Below, in pieces: positions 36,166 to 49,600 of a stretch of DNA of 64,000 nucleotides. Each line of letters begins with the position of its first letter. Position 1 is the first letter of the stretch. The translations under genes and the position numbers were made by a program. Origin of the DNA: Sphaerodactylus townsendi. Lineage: Eukaryota. A model generated the notes under the pieces. The model was not told where the DNA came from. It made no database searches and was given only the letters and a program-made list of their open reading frames with translations. The DNA lies in assembly GCF_021028975.2 (NCBI RefSeq), contig NC_059425.1:139314001-139378000 (forward strand), read 5' to 3'.

Positions 36166-38817
36166 ATTATGCGGATGGGAAAATCTGCATTTCCCCATCC
36201 ACATGGCAACCATTTTCCTTGCTAGCATCCCTGCCTTGGCCATTTCTTCCTCTGCCACCAGTGATGGGGGGCAGGGTTTTAAATGACAACTGCATATCAT
36301 TTACACACACACACACACACACACATTCTGTTACACCAAAATGTGTAATGGGTTTTCTGAATTCTTAGCTTTCATTTTAAAATAAGTTACATTTCTAGCC
36401 CCGTTGGTTGTGGATTTTTAAGGGAAAAGGCCTATCTCTGCAACCAAAGGGACTAGGCATCTACTTTAAAACCATGTTAGCAGAAAATTCAGTGAACGTG
36501 ACATAGATTGCTCTAATTTTCTAATGAACTGATGATTTGAAAATTGGGGGTGGGGTATAGTGGGCCAGTAGTATTTTGCAGCAGAGTTTTCAGAACAGAC
36601 TTCAGTCCCTGATGGTTTCAAATTATTGCTGTTCAAACTTTTGTACATTTTGGAAGCACAGACGTTTGGAATTTCCACTAGCTTTGAAGCTTGGACACAT
36701 CCGGGTTCTGGTTAGCTTAGTAGACTTTTATTGTATTACACATGAACTTTGTACTACAAAGAATTTTATCAGTGTTATTAGGGTCTGTTTTTCAGATACC
36801 TTGTGGTACTGTTGTATTGTTTGTAGTTTTATTATACTTATAACAATACTTCATTTGAAAGTAGACAGCAATTGCTGTGAGCCTTCTTCAGTGTAATTTC
36901 TGTTGGGCTGTACTGTGTGCACTGATTCCCACTTAATTCAAATGGTGGTATCTCTAGACCCTGCCTGGAGTTTGGCAACCCTAATTCAAAGAGACTATCC
37001 ATGCAATACTAAGCAGGTCTACTCAGTACCCCATGACACCTATCTGTGACACCTGGCTTCGCACCAGCGGTTGCATACCACCTCCAGTTACCCTGACATT
37101 CTGGGGGAGTTCCAGGGATGTTCCAGGGGCAGGACTAACCTTAGTTGCCCTCTAGACTCCTCTCTGCCCCCTGTACACTGGCAGAGCTGCCAGCAGACAT
37201 ATGCTGAGATTTTCACGGTGTATCTCTATTCTCCCTCGTAGGAGAGTTGGAAGGGTTGTTTTAAAAAAAAACTTTTTCGAGCTTCCCATGCCGCAGGAAA
37301 GCCCTGTGGTATGGGTGTTGCAGCTCTCAAGTGGTGCCGTCCCTGTCCACCTCACCTCTGGATTGCATTGTTAGTAACACAATTTCATGGGGAAGACATC
37401 ATTTGTAATAAATATTTAATGTTGACAGATTGTTTTGAATAAGCCAACTATATTGCAATAATACTTTGACCCAAAACTGTTCTTTAAAAAAAACTTGCAG
37501 CAGTTGTTCAATTTTTAAAAAGATTGCTATTATAAATATCAAAATTTTGAGACAACAGGTTTTAATTTTTTTGGTTGTGATCCATGGGGCTGACTTCTTA
37601 AACTAGTGTCTGTATAACTATTACTAGTGATAGTTACTGATACTAATAGCATAAAGGGGATCACAAAATTATACTTGATACAAGTTGCTGACATGTTAAA
37701 CAATAAATAGGATAGGCTGTTATTGGCCAAGGATGTGCACAATACAGTAAAGTGCTGATGAATAAATAAATTTTTGTACATTAAATGATGGGAAACAGAT
37801 GACAGTGAGAGGTTGTATGTCAGAGGAGAACTATATAGCTAGTTCATTCTGACATTTTGCTTAATATGGTAGTCAATTTGGAAACACAGGCTGCATTTTA
37901 ATCATGCCAATAGTACTTAAATCCTAATCACTATAAGTTGCTAGCACATTTATCCTGCTAAAATCTAATTAAGTTCATGAATAAGATGTAGATGATAACT
38001 GGAGTGGCACAGGAATAGATATGAACTCTAAATCTTTATAAATTATGTCACTGGAAAAGGCAACACTTTCAGCAAGATGCTGTCTTCATCTTTAAAGCTT
38101 CCTCTAAGACTTCATTTTAAGGGCAAGGGGACCCTTTCCTTGAACAATATAAATTGTATTGCTCTGTGCTGATCTTCATAGCTGCTATGCAGTTTGCAAT
38201 GGTGTTTGTGAATAAATCTTAAAAATGGTGGTGATGTCTAATAAGGATAGAGAGCATAAGGTGTAGGGGGAGCATAGTGACTCTTGTGTGGTCCCTGGAC
38301 ATTTGAGAGGTTAAAAAAAGCACTGCAACAAAATGAATGCTTACACTTCTTTTCCCTCAAGAGCCTCCACTTCCAAATCTCCAGAAATTTCACAGCCTGG
38401 AGCTGGCAACCCTATGGAAAACATTTCTGTAGTTGGGAGATCTGTGGTCATTCTGAGAGAACTGCTGCCACTACTTCTGCTGTGCGTGGTGGATGGGAGC
38501 AGGTGCACAGCTAGGAGCACCACCACTACCACCACTGTTGCTGTGGAAGGGAAGAGGAAGCAGGTGGGAGGCTTGGGGAGTAACAAGGGGTTGGGGAGTA
38601 AAAAGATAGAGTGATGGGGTGGGTAACAGAAACAGAGAGAAAGCTACAGGCATGGTGGAGAATAAGAAAAGGGGTTGTAGGAGGGAGAAAGTGAGAGACT
38701 GAGAGAAGTAGGGAGAGGGAGGAGTAAGCAAAAGTGGAAGAATGTATTAGCAGCTCCCGCATGTTTCTTACAGGTCCTCACTTATCTAATAGCCATTGAT
38801 AGATCTATCCTCTAAGC

Positions 38818-38951
38818 CCGTGGTGGTGAACCTATGGCACTCCAGATGTTCAAGGACTACAATTCCCATCAGCCCCTGCCAGCATGGCCAATTGGCTGAA
38901 TGGGAATTGTAGTCCATGAACATCTGGAGTGCCATAGGTTCGCCACCACTG
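38818..38951. mobile_element. hAT-type MITE, 134 bp
   Basis: Near-perfect ~50-bp inverted arms; perfect 8-bp TSD CTCTAAGC at 38810-38817 and 38952-38959. Confidence 0.93.
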
Positions 38952-40356
38952 CTCTAAGCATTATATAATCTGCATATAACAAGTTTTGTTGCAATCTCTA
39001 ACTTGATGCATTATCCACAATGAAAATGTAATTGTTATTGTTGTTCATATCACAGGATTAACCACTCTTTCTAGAGGCAGCACAGTGGATCTCTTGTCCC
39101 CATGAATAATCTAAAGATAATCAAAGATGGTTATAAAGTCGCATGTTTTGCACATGAATGACATTGATAATTGGTGCAATGGCATTCCTGTAGTATTGTT
39201 ATTTTTAGAAATTTTATTTTTATGCTATTCTTATCTTAGTCTAATTTAAATTGTAATGAACGTTTTCATTTTTTTTCCCAATATGTAATATTGTGTGTGT
39301 AATAATATTAGCTTTTATTCATGCTTCCCAATTTATTAGCACAGTATAAAACTCCTTCCAACCCTGCTCTGATGTTTCAGCTACAGTTCATATAGTCAAC
39401 ACAACTGAAATTATTTACAATTATATTTGATTATTTAAATTTCTCTGTACTCACAAATGTTCAATCCCCACCTGTTTAAAGATGGACAGTCTTTTGTTGA
39501 CCTCAGTGTGACTTGGGTCTGATTCAAAACGATAGAAGGACCTCAGGCAATGTTGCAGGGAATTCTATATAACAAGGGACTGCCATTAATTCCATATGAC
39601 AAGGAACTGACAATTACTCTGTGTCACTTTCTCCTTTCTCACTCCTCCAATGGGTAGCAATGCAAAAGATCACATCACATCATACATTTTCCCACTCCCT
39701 ATCCATATCATTGTGTATTCCATTCTCATTGCTTCTAAGCAAACAGCGAACAAAGACGCAACCTGATATTAATCAACATATTGCAACTGATTCCATTATG
39801 CATCAGAAATGAACTAGAATAATTTACACCTGGAGAATATGCCTCGAATATTTAAAAACCTACAGTTTTACATATAAAAATTAAAGGAAAAACTGCTTTA
39901 ATTTTCATGTTATTTAATGGGTTTGCTAATCAAAACATCATAGGTGTTCCCAGACAAAGTGCTTGGAAACTATGCACTCTGAGTGAGTCAAATCTAGCCT
40001 CCTTTCACATCAGGGAATCCTTGATGAAAGCATGATTTGCAGAGGGAAATGTTCCTTTGTTCATTCTCTGACCCCCTCTTTTGTGAAGTCTGTAAATTTA
40101 CAGGGTCTCATAACAAATACCTGGCATCAATAAGAAATTTCACCCAAAGTTACTATGATTCCAAGCCAATGTAACTTCAAGAGTCATGTTTTCTAATGTA
40201 AATAGACTGCCACCAGTTAATCCCATGTTTCTAGTATTTCCTTTGTACTGAGAACACAGACAAGAAAATATGTTTGTTCTTAAGGATGATTTCCTTGGAG
40301 GACAAACATTTTCCTTGTCTCTCATATTGTTAATGGCCATCATGAATTATCAGACA

Positions 40357-40495
40357 GGCCCCTTCCGCACACGCAAAATAATGCATTTTCAAACCACTTT
40401 CACAACTTTGCAAGTGGATTTTGCCATTCCGCACAGCTTCAAAGAGCACTGAAAGCAGTTTGAAAGTGCATTATTCTGCATGTGTGGAATGAGCC
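40357..40495. mobile_element. GGCCCCTTCCGCAC-family MITE, copy 2
   Basis: TIRs; nearly identical to 41446-41586. Confidence 0.9.
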
Positions 40496-41012
40496 TCAGA
40501 TTCTACCATACCAAGTATATTTAATTGACTAAAGAGATTCTCACTTGGCCTTTCCCTTATTAGTAATTTACAAGTGGGGGACCTGTAAGGAAAATCTCAT
40601 TTCCCCCCTCCTCCACTATTTCTTCTTTCCTCCTTCCTTCCTCAGCAACCTCTCCGTTGAAATGCTGGTTCCGGCTATTGCATAGTGCTAGTTGCCAGGG
40701 TAAGCTCAGTTGGGTAGTGGAGAATCCTCAAGGGCTTGCAAGATGCCCCTCAAGGGTATCCCCCTTCTCACACTATTTCCATTTTTTTCTCTAGCAACTT
40801 CATGCCTCATGTTTTCATCCTTTCTTTTTTCCTTCTCATCCTTCCATCCACCAACTGTTTATCTGCTCCCTCCTCACTTTTTTTACTTCATTTATACCCC
40901 ACCTATTTTTACTTCATTTATACCCCACCTTTCCCACAATGTAAAGAAAAGGACAGATATAATTTTAAAAAAATAGATAAATAAACAATGGTGACTGAAA
41001 GCAGTTGATGGT

Positions 41013-41163
41013 GGCCCCTTCCACACATGCAGAATAATGCACTTTTAATCCACTTTCAATGCACTTTGAAGCTGGATTTTACTGTGCAGAATAGCAAAAT
41101 CCACTTGCAAACAATTGTGAAAGTGGATTGAAAGTGCATTATTCTGCATGTGCGGAAGGGGCC
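41013..41163. mobile_element. GGCCCCTTCCGCAC-family MITE, copy 3
   Basis: Near-perfect ~45-bp TIRs GGCCCCTTCC.CACATGCAGAATAATGCACTTT.AATCCACTTTCA. Confidence 0.92.
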
Positions 41164-41445
41164 AGTGTTCTCCGTTCCTCCATCTTATTGTCACAACAAC
41201 CCTGTCAGGGGCCTAGGCAAATACGCTGCTGCCTGCAAGCAAAGAACCTTACCCCAGAAGACACTCAAAATCGTGACCTTTGAAAGAAACAGTTACAAAA
41301 CTGACCCTGCACGTGCAGGAAACCAGTCCGGAGAGAAGAAGAAGTATTCTTTATTTAGATAGTCTTCATGGGAGGAGTCAAAGTCCTAAGCTTTCAATAT
41401 TATTAAACCGTTTTTGAACTGTTACTTATTTGCATATGGGTCTAA

Positions 41446-41586
41446 GGCCCCTCCCGCACACACAAAATAATGCGTTTTCAAACCACTTTCACAACTGTTT
41501 GCAAGTGGATTTTGCCATTCCGCACAGCTTCAAAGAGCACTGAAAGCAGTTTGAAAGTGCATTATTCTGCAAGTGCGGAATGAGCC
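41446..41586. mobile_element. GGCCCCTTCCGCAC-family MITE, copy 4 (PIF/Harbinger-like)
   Basis: TIRs; flanks TAA and TTA fit the TWA target of PIF/Harbinger. Confidence 0.9.
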
Positions 41587-42309
41587 TTACATTCTATTCT
41601 GGCCAAGTGCAAGGCACCTGGATTTTAGTTTGCTTGGGGAACGAACAGTAAACGTATCTGTTCTGCATTTGGCTGAAATGGGAGCAACTCAACCTGTACT
41701 TACCCTTGTGGCTCATTTAAATCTGTCTTTCACTACTTTAAGTTGAGCTTATAAATGGAAGTGGCTTGAGTAAGCACCAAAATTATTGCACAGAAATATG
41801 TCATGATTTCTTATTTGCTGCTTGATGTTTTCCCCAAGAGCTGTGGAAACGAATTTCATTATGATATATGGGCACTACTGATATAGAATTGTAGCTTATA
41901 AACCACAGAAAAAATGTAGCATCAGATCTTTCCCATCACTACTGTTCCTGACGCACCCACTCTCCATTATCATTGTACACTTACACATTTATGAAAAATT
42001 GGGGGAAAAAACTGTGTACAACTGTGTGTGATTTAATCAAGATTTTTTTATTCTAGAAACACCATGGAGTCTGTTCTCCAAATCTGTCATTGTACTGTTG
42101 TGTTGATGAGAAAATGCATTCCTGTGCACTGGCAAAAATGACTCTTGATATTAGGGTATGTATTATCTCAACAAGATTGCTTCCCTCCCCCCATAGTTTT
42201 ATCCATGCAGACAAACTCAGTACAATTTCAAAGCACTACCCAAAAAGAATCTTGATGCAACCATACATATGATTGCTTCAAAATTCTTTCCAATGTGGGT
42301 ATCTGTAAT

Positions 42310-42600
42310 GTATTTATTTACTTAATTTATACCCCTCTTTGGGTTTCCCTTGGAGAAAAGGGGTACAAATTAAGAGTGAATAAATTAAATTAAAGCCCTT
42401 TGTCTCCATTGGGAACCCAAGCTGTGTACAACATTCTCCTCTCTTCCATTTTACCCTAATAACAACTCTGTGAAGTATGTTAGTCTAAGTGCGTGGGACT
42501 GACCCAAAGTCACCTGTAAAGCTTCCAAGGCAGAGTGGGAATTTGTATCTGGGTCTCCCAAGATCCTAGCCTGATAGTCTGACCACAACACACCACTGAG
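42310..42600 (-). mobile_element. Older tRNA SINE with L2-type tail
   Basis: Reversed tail (tatttatttactt), cccaaagtcacc core, and head ending accacaacacaccactg. Confidence 0.65.
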
Positions 42601-45301
42601 GCTCAAACCTAATGTAAAGGAAGCAAAGTTCCAAATTAATTGACAGAATGAAATCTGCAAAAATCTAAAAGCAGTGTAGTCTTCACCATGCCTCATCATG
42701 ACCACTTACATGTAGGCTCAGTAATCCATTGGATATAGTTGTTTGTGACATTTTAAGAGACATATTCTGTATACTAGTTAAGTTCTAGTTTAGTTGCAAA
42801 GCAAGTACAGTAGTAATTAACTATCTGGGGCTCATTTATTTCTGTTTCTTCCATCAGTGAATGTTGCCCCGACTTCCATTACATCATCTGTCTTTCAGAG
42901 CATTCTGCATATACATTCTCCTTCTTTAAAGCCTGGCATAAGTCAATGAAGACTTTCTTTAGGCTGTACAAAATGGCTGAATGACAATCTGATGAAGGTT
43001 CTTTGTGACTCCGGAGCCCCTGCACAAGTATCTATTGCTAAGCAACACACGCTGATGGCAAGGAGTTTTGCCAATTGCAGATGGTGAGTAGGTTTGTAAA
43101 AACTTTAAAATCCTTTTGGTATAAATCTTCCACATTGCTTTTAAAATAATAGTTTTGAAGTACAGACAACTGATCACCATAAAGGGCCTTGTGAAAAGGA
43201 AACAGAGGGGGAAAGGTTAATTTAATAACCTTCTCTTTCTGCATGATTGTTCTCATTTTTAAAGAGCTACTTTAAGGAGAGATTACCCACATTGCTACAG
43301 CTATGGAAAGTGTCATGAAGTGAAAACTTAACAGAGTCCTTGAGTGGGCAGGAAGGAAAAGAGGCTGCCTCCCTAGAGTTCCTAGTATTATGGAGGGGAT
43401 GTATTCCTTTGCTCTTTTTAAAAGCTCAGTTCTTACTTCCCAGATCATTCCATTTCTAGCAAAAACCCAGACATGGGAACCTGGTGAGAAGTGGAAAAGA
43501 TGCCGGGGTTTCTGTCAAGATCGATTCTTGTTGCCCTTCCCTCAGCCCACATATTTTTCTTTGCACACACAAGAAAAAGCAGTCCTAAAACGAAAGAAAT
43601 TGAGAGAGAAAAAAGAGAGAGGGCAACACATTTTGGGTCATTTCAATTTGTTTTTTAATGCAAGGTGATGTTAACTGTACACACTTTAGACAACTGTCCA
43701 GGCTTTTCCACTTTTATAGCCAGAGGAGGTTTCCAAGTTTTCACAACATCATTTATACAACCTGTTTATCACACTTGGGCATCACTCAGTGACTGAAGGA
43801 TGAATGAGTGAAGTGACCTCATTGAAATTCAATATCTGAGGAGAAATGGGAACACATGAAAGTTCTGTTTATTGATTAGCTTTTCCAAACCTTCCTTACC
43901 TGCCTTTCTTGCTTGTCACCCTCTCCTGTCTGCACTTAAAAATATGATTTGTTTTTTAAATAAAAAAACAGAACAAAGGAAAGAAGAGTACACCAAAAAA
44001 AACCCAGTACACAAAATTCATGAAACATTAAAAGCAGAAACAACAGTCCTCCATCAATTCTATCTACATATCCAATACATAATAGATCAATTATCAATAT
44101 CTACTGGTATTGAGATTAATACCAATATATATCAATACTTAACAGTTAAAAAACCCCAAACCACAACAAAAAATGAAAAACTTCCATTGTTGACAGTAGA
44201 TTCCATATACGGTATATTTTATACAAATATACTTATATTTTATTGTCTAAATCCTCTATTTATTAAAATTATTACATATTTTCAGTTTTGGAAATTCCAC
44301 TGACTATTCAAATTCTTCTAAAATCATCTTCCTTTTTTCTTCTCTGTATTATTCTAACATTATTAGTTAATTTTTCAATATTATAAAACTCCTTATTTTA
44401 ATCTGTCATCTCACTAACAAAATATTATTTGGTTTTTTTCTAGCTTGCAGTAATAACCATCCTGGTCAATACTACAAGAAAATTTATAAGCTTTTTTTTG
44501 CTTACTGTGCACATTACCATTAGAAAATATGTTTATCAGTGCTAGGTCAGTCGTTGGTTCTAACTGTTCTTTACAATCGTACTAATCTCAGCAAAAACAG
44601 ATTCCCAAAACTTTACTGTCATAGGGCAAGACCACCACATATGCATAAATGTACCCAATTCCCCACAATCTCTCAAACAATGTTCATTTCCAACTTTCAT
44701 TATATGATAAATCCTAACCAGGGTATAATAACATTTTGAAGTATCTTTAACTCATATCCGTGTACACTCCTCAAAATTGACTTGAATGAAACTTGCTGAA
44801 ATATTCTCTTTCATCCATTATCATTATAGTTGTATTTAATTCTGTCTTCTAGTTCTTTTAAATAATCTGAGATGGCTTCTGCTTGTGATCCAGTAATATA
44901 TATTTTTGTTATTCATTTCCTTTTTTTTCCTTTTCTATATTATATACTAGTTCTTCTGATTTAGTAATGGGTATATTCATCTGGTCTCTAATCTTTTTTT
45001 CTTTTGCAAAAAGGTTGAAATTTGAAATTTTTGTATCCAATTACATCCTATGGGAATGTTACTTTCAAACCCTGTTGGATCCCCTTTTTCTAAGATTATA
45101 TTTGCCTTTTTAAACAATACCTGTTCAAAAAAAGGCTATTTGGGCAAATACCATAATTTTTAAGTAAGCAAAATTTTGAGTGATACAGAATTGGAGAGAA
45201 AGATTATATTCCTGGATATAGAACTCTTCTCCATTTTTCCATACCAGAATTGGACTATGAAAGGTTGTTAATGAACTGAAGTTTATTTTTGAAGCCCTCC
45301 A

Positions 45302-46621
45302 TCTATATATATAAAAAGCTAACCATTCGTTTGTTGGTCTTGCCCTAACGCTGAAACGGCTGGACGGATCACCCCCAAATTTTCACATGATGTCCCTCCC
45401 TGTTGCGGGCAGGTAATGCCAAAGTTGCCAAAAGTTGCCTTCAAGTTGCCAAAAGTCCATACCTGAGCCAGGTAAAACTTCTTTTTCCTGGCACACCAGG
45501 CCATGAAGCTGGCTGTGTTTAACTGTCACCTTTAGAATGTTGGTGCAGCATGTCTGTGGCCTGAGGGCTTGGTATGAGGGCTTAGAATGTTCGCGCAGAT
45601 GGCCACAGATGAGCAGTGAAAACAGTAAATAGGTAATACTGTTAGGTAATACGAGTGGAAGTGAAACACATACACACTTTGCCGTGTGAGACGTCAGGTG
45701 GGGTTCCCCGCCCTCACATGGAGGTAACTTTCACTCTCTGTGCCTCACCCACTGCTACCACACAATACACATCCAGCTCATCCTCACACACCTCACTCTG
45801 CCCTCCCTCACATTCAACCACCACATACCCACTTCCTCACCCTTATTCGCCACAGCTCTCTTACTAAAAGCGAGCTGGAGTTTGCCTTTTTCTTCTAAGA
45901 AAATCCACGGGGTGGGGGCAAACCAACACTACCAAAGGAGCTGGCCTCGATCTGAGCGCCTCACCACCCTGCTTCTCCTACCTGACTGGGATAGCCTCCT
46001 TGCCCCAGTTCTGCCTTACCCAAGCCAGGACTGTGCGTGTCAACCAGCCTCATGGACAGCGGGATTCGCGCTCTGGACAGTTCCGTTGTGGAATGGAAAG
46101 GGTTACCTTATACTAAAAACCAAGACACCACCATATAATAATGTGAATTGAAAAGGGAAAGAGGCATTCCATTTGACCACCCCAAAAGAAGAAGAAGAGG
46201 AAGAGGAAGAAGAGAGAAGAAGAGGAGGAGTTCGGATTTATATCCCCCCTTTCTCTCCTGTAGGAGACTCAAAGGGGCTTACAACCTCCTTGCCCTTCAC
46301 CCCTCACAACAAACACCCTGTGAGGTGGATGGGGCTGAGAGAGCTCCGAAAAGCTGTGACTAGCCCAAGGTCACCCAGCTGGCATGTGTGGGAGTGCACA
46401 GGCTAATTTGAATTCCCCATATAGGCCTCCACAACTCAAGCTGCAGAGCTGGGAATCAAACCCGGTTCCTCCAGATAAGAGAGCACCTGCTCTTAGCCAC
46501 TATGCCACTGCTGCTCCCAAAAGGCTATGCTGGGGATCATTGGACCTGCATGGACATCTGTGTGGGTTGTGGACTGTGATGAGGACAATTGCCACAGCAA
46601 CACGTGGCTGGGCCCCACTAG
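45302..46621 (+). mobile_element. Non-autonomous Helitron, copy 2 (contains a SINE)
   Basis: 5' TCTATATATATAAAAAGCTAAC; hairpin GCCAC...GTGGC at 46591-46608; 3' CTAG; between A45301 and T46622. Confidence 0.9.
46189..46515 (-). mobile_element. tRNA SINE with (CTT)n tail (Squam3-like) inside the Helitron
   Basis: Absent from Helitron copy 1; CCCAAAAG duplicated at 46181-46188 and 46516-46523; A/B boxes on the minus strand. Confidence 0.9.
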
Positions 46622-49600
46622 TATTATATAATATCTGATATTCTTCCATTTCCTCCAAATTAATCTACCTATATCCAGCTATTCCTTTCTTTTGAACATT
46701 ACAAGTAAGGAATTAAATGTAAGGAATTAAATGCCTTAATTGGTAAGCATTATAATACAGTAATATATTCAGAATACCACAACCTCCTTCTTCAGTCAGA
46801 TGATTAACATTTTTCCTGTTCCCAGTTTCTAGATTTAAAAACAAATCTTTCTGTTTCCAGCTGTCAGTGTCTTAAAGTGTTCTCTGGGATATGCCGTTGC
46901 AACACATAAAATAAACATGATTGTTAAGGAATTACTGACATTTAAACCATTGCTATTCATATAAATACTGCTATGTTCTGTTTACCCCATCTTTTCATAT
47001 CCATTTTTAAACTGTTCCACATTTTATGCATTTTATTTAAATTTTTCATAATAGAAATTCCAAGATATTTGGAACTTTTATGTACCAGTGGAATTCCTAA
47101 AGTATGAGAAGCTTCTAATTGTCCAATTGGGGAAATAGTACAACATAACATATTGGATTTTTAAAGGTTTATCATTTAACCTGAAACCTGACTAAATTTT
47201 AGAAGTTTCTCCTTCAAGGATTTTTAAGCTGCTTTCAAATCATTTATATATATTAATATATCATCTGCATACAGATATTCTTCTCTTCAACATTTAACTC
47301 CTCTTGGTTAGATTTTAATGTATTGACTAAGGGCTCCAATGCTAAAATGAAAAGCAGTGGAAAGAGTGGCTGTGTGCATCAATCTTCGTTGTGATAGGGG
47401 CATGATCTGTAATCTTAATCAAACTGATTGACATTTTATTAACCCAATATGAGGCTTCTTTAGATATGAGAAGAGCATTCAATCTAGAAAATGTGAATGT
47501 GAATTATCAAATGGATATAATTCTGACCACAATTCACATAATCCATATGTTTTGATTATCTTCAATCACTTACATACTTTCCACTGTGAAGATGCAGTTC
47601 TTGCCTTCAGATTATTAACCAACTTATCAATTTTGATGATATTCCTTGCAAATAACATTCATATCTCCTCTTATTATTTTTATAAAAGAGGAGAGTTTTC
47701 CCAATTTCTGAAGAAAAAGTATATGCAAATGCTAACTGCCCTTTATTCAGAAAATATATTGATACAAAGTAACAACTTGCAATATTCCCAAAACACTGTC
47801 TACAAAAATAAATCTTCCATTTGGATCTTGTAAGAATTTTTGAGGTTTAAAATCAACCACTGAATGTACCACAATTGCAACCCCTTGACTTTTTGAAGAG
47901 CCTGATGCCACAACTTTATTAACCCAATCAGATCCAGAAATAAGAACATCTTTTCCCTTACTTTTATGAGTTTCCCATAAAAATGAAATCCCAGCTTGCT
48001 GCTCCTTAATGTAAACACCAATTCTAGCTCTTTTTATAGGATCTACTAAGCCTTTAACATGGTACGTTAATATTGCAACAATTTTTATTGTCTGACTCTC
48101 TCAATCCTCCATTTCCCCCCATCTACTTCTTTCTCCCAGGGACCTGATTCTCATTCTGTTGATGACAAACTGTTGCCTTCCACAGCCTTGCTTCTATAAC
48201 TTGCTCTTGTTTCTCTAACTTCCCAGCTGCCTGAGGGAGAGTGCAGACAAGAGAGGGGAATTATCTCAGCAAGGGAGTAGGCAATTGCATGTGGCAGAGT
48301 GGTTTAACTTTACCTCTGGGAGAGGATAAAGTTGTGAAGCCTGTCTCTGGTGAGGAACAGACCTGGTAACTACAAGTTTTAGTGAGAATTCAACATACAA
48401 CCTGTACATTAAAAACCTTCTTTGTTGTTTTATTGAACCTCCTGCTTCAGTGATCTCTGTACTCTTCAGGCTCAATACAAAATTTACCTCACTGCAGTGA
48501 CCCATTTGCTGTCTTAAGGACATTTTGTAACAAAGGGAAAATCTTATATCAAAAAGCCAACGAGTTCCACCAAATTGATTAGAGAGGCGGTGTTGGTCCC
48601 CTGAATTCCAAGAAAGGGCCTGTCAAAGGAACCAACCAGATTTTGTCCTGTATGGTCAATTCTGCACATCATAATAGGGGGTTGCATGACATCTGTTATT
48701 TTTTAATCTGGTCCTACTTTATTCTGTTTTTGTCCTTCACATGGGTGATCATTTTCCATGAAGAAAACCATTCATTTTCTTTCTGTCCCTTCACACAAAC
48801 CAGCTTTTTTCTTTACAATGCAAAGCACAGGTGCAAATACCCAATTTTACTTGTGTTCTGATTGGCTGTTCCATCACCACAGTCCCCCTTCCGCCTGATC
48901 CTGCCCTCTGCTAAGGCAATGCTTCCAATTGGTGGAGAATCTACATCAACCCCGGGAGTCCAAGCTTCCCCTCTCTGTGAAGAGGGGATTGGAATGTTGT
49001 TCAGTTTCTGATTAACACCTGCTGAGAAGTTGTGATGTCTGTGTTATCTGTACGTCTTGGCATTCTTCCCAGACTGGCCTGGTCCGGTTTGTGAAGGTTT
49101 CTGTGGGGGACGGGCCAGAGTTCTCTTGGACACTTTTCTACAGTTTTTATATCATTGCTTGCAAGCCTTTGAATGGAGACTAAGCCTTTCAATAAATATC
49201 CTATTCTTCTATAGAGATTCTGATTGTCTGGACTCAGTTTGTTACACTCTCATTTCTATAGCGGGGAAAAAAGTTTGGGACTTTTAAATCACGACACATG
49301 TAAAAATGAGGCATGCAACCTTCCTGTTAATGTTATGATATACAAAATTTTTAAAAATCTGTCCAAAAAGGAAGCAAATCAATATGTCCCATTGACATCC
49401 AACAGTGTGCATCTGCCTAGCTACATGCTCTGAACACCCAAAAATAAAAAGAAAAGGAATCTGTTTTGAATTTGTTGCTGTACACATTTGGGTGAAATGG
49501 TGCTCACAGTCGCTGCCAAGGGGACATTTCCAAAATGGCGGACTATCACACCGGTCAGCAGCTCAGCAGAAACTAAACTGACATGACATAAAGTGGGATA

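Larger units (their letters stand above)
43950..48100 (-). mobile_element. Degenerate, internally deleted L1 ORF2, interrupted by Helitron copy 2
   Basis: Minus-strand motifs in L1 order: HVKGLVDPIKRARI (~48040), GDMN (~47660), FSRL (~47485), PLFPLLFILALEP (~47350), YADDI (~47265), KYLGI (~47060), CGELGTFMHMWWSC (~44650). Confidence 0.88.

Noticed and set aside
40357-41586. CRISPR-like repeat-spacer array
   Set aside because: Eukaryotic DNA; the units are ~140-bp TIR elements at irregular spacing.
48860-49296. Second solo LTR ending TCACGACA with AATAAA at 49191
   Set aside because: No 5' TG boundary or TSD found; too weak to list.
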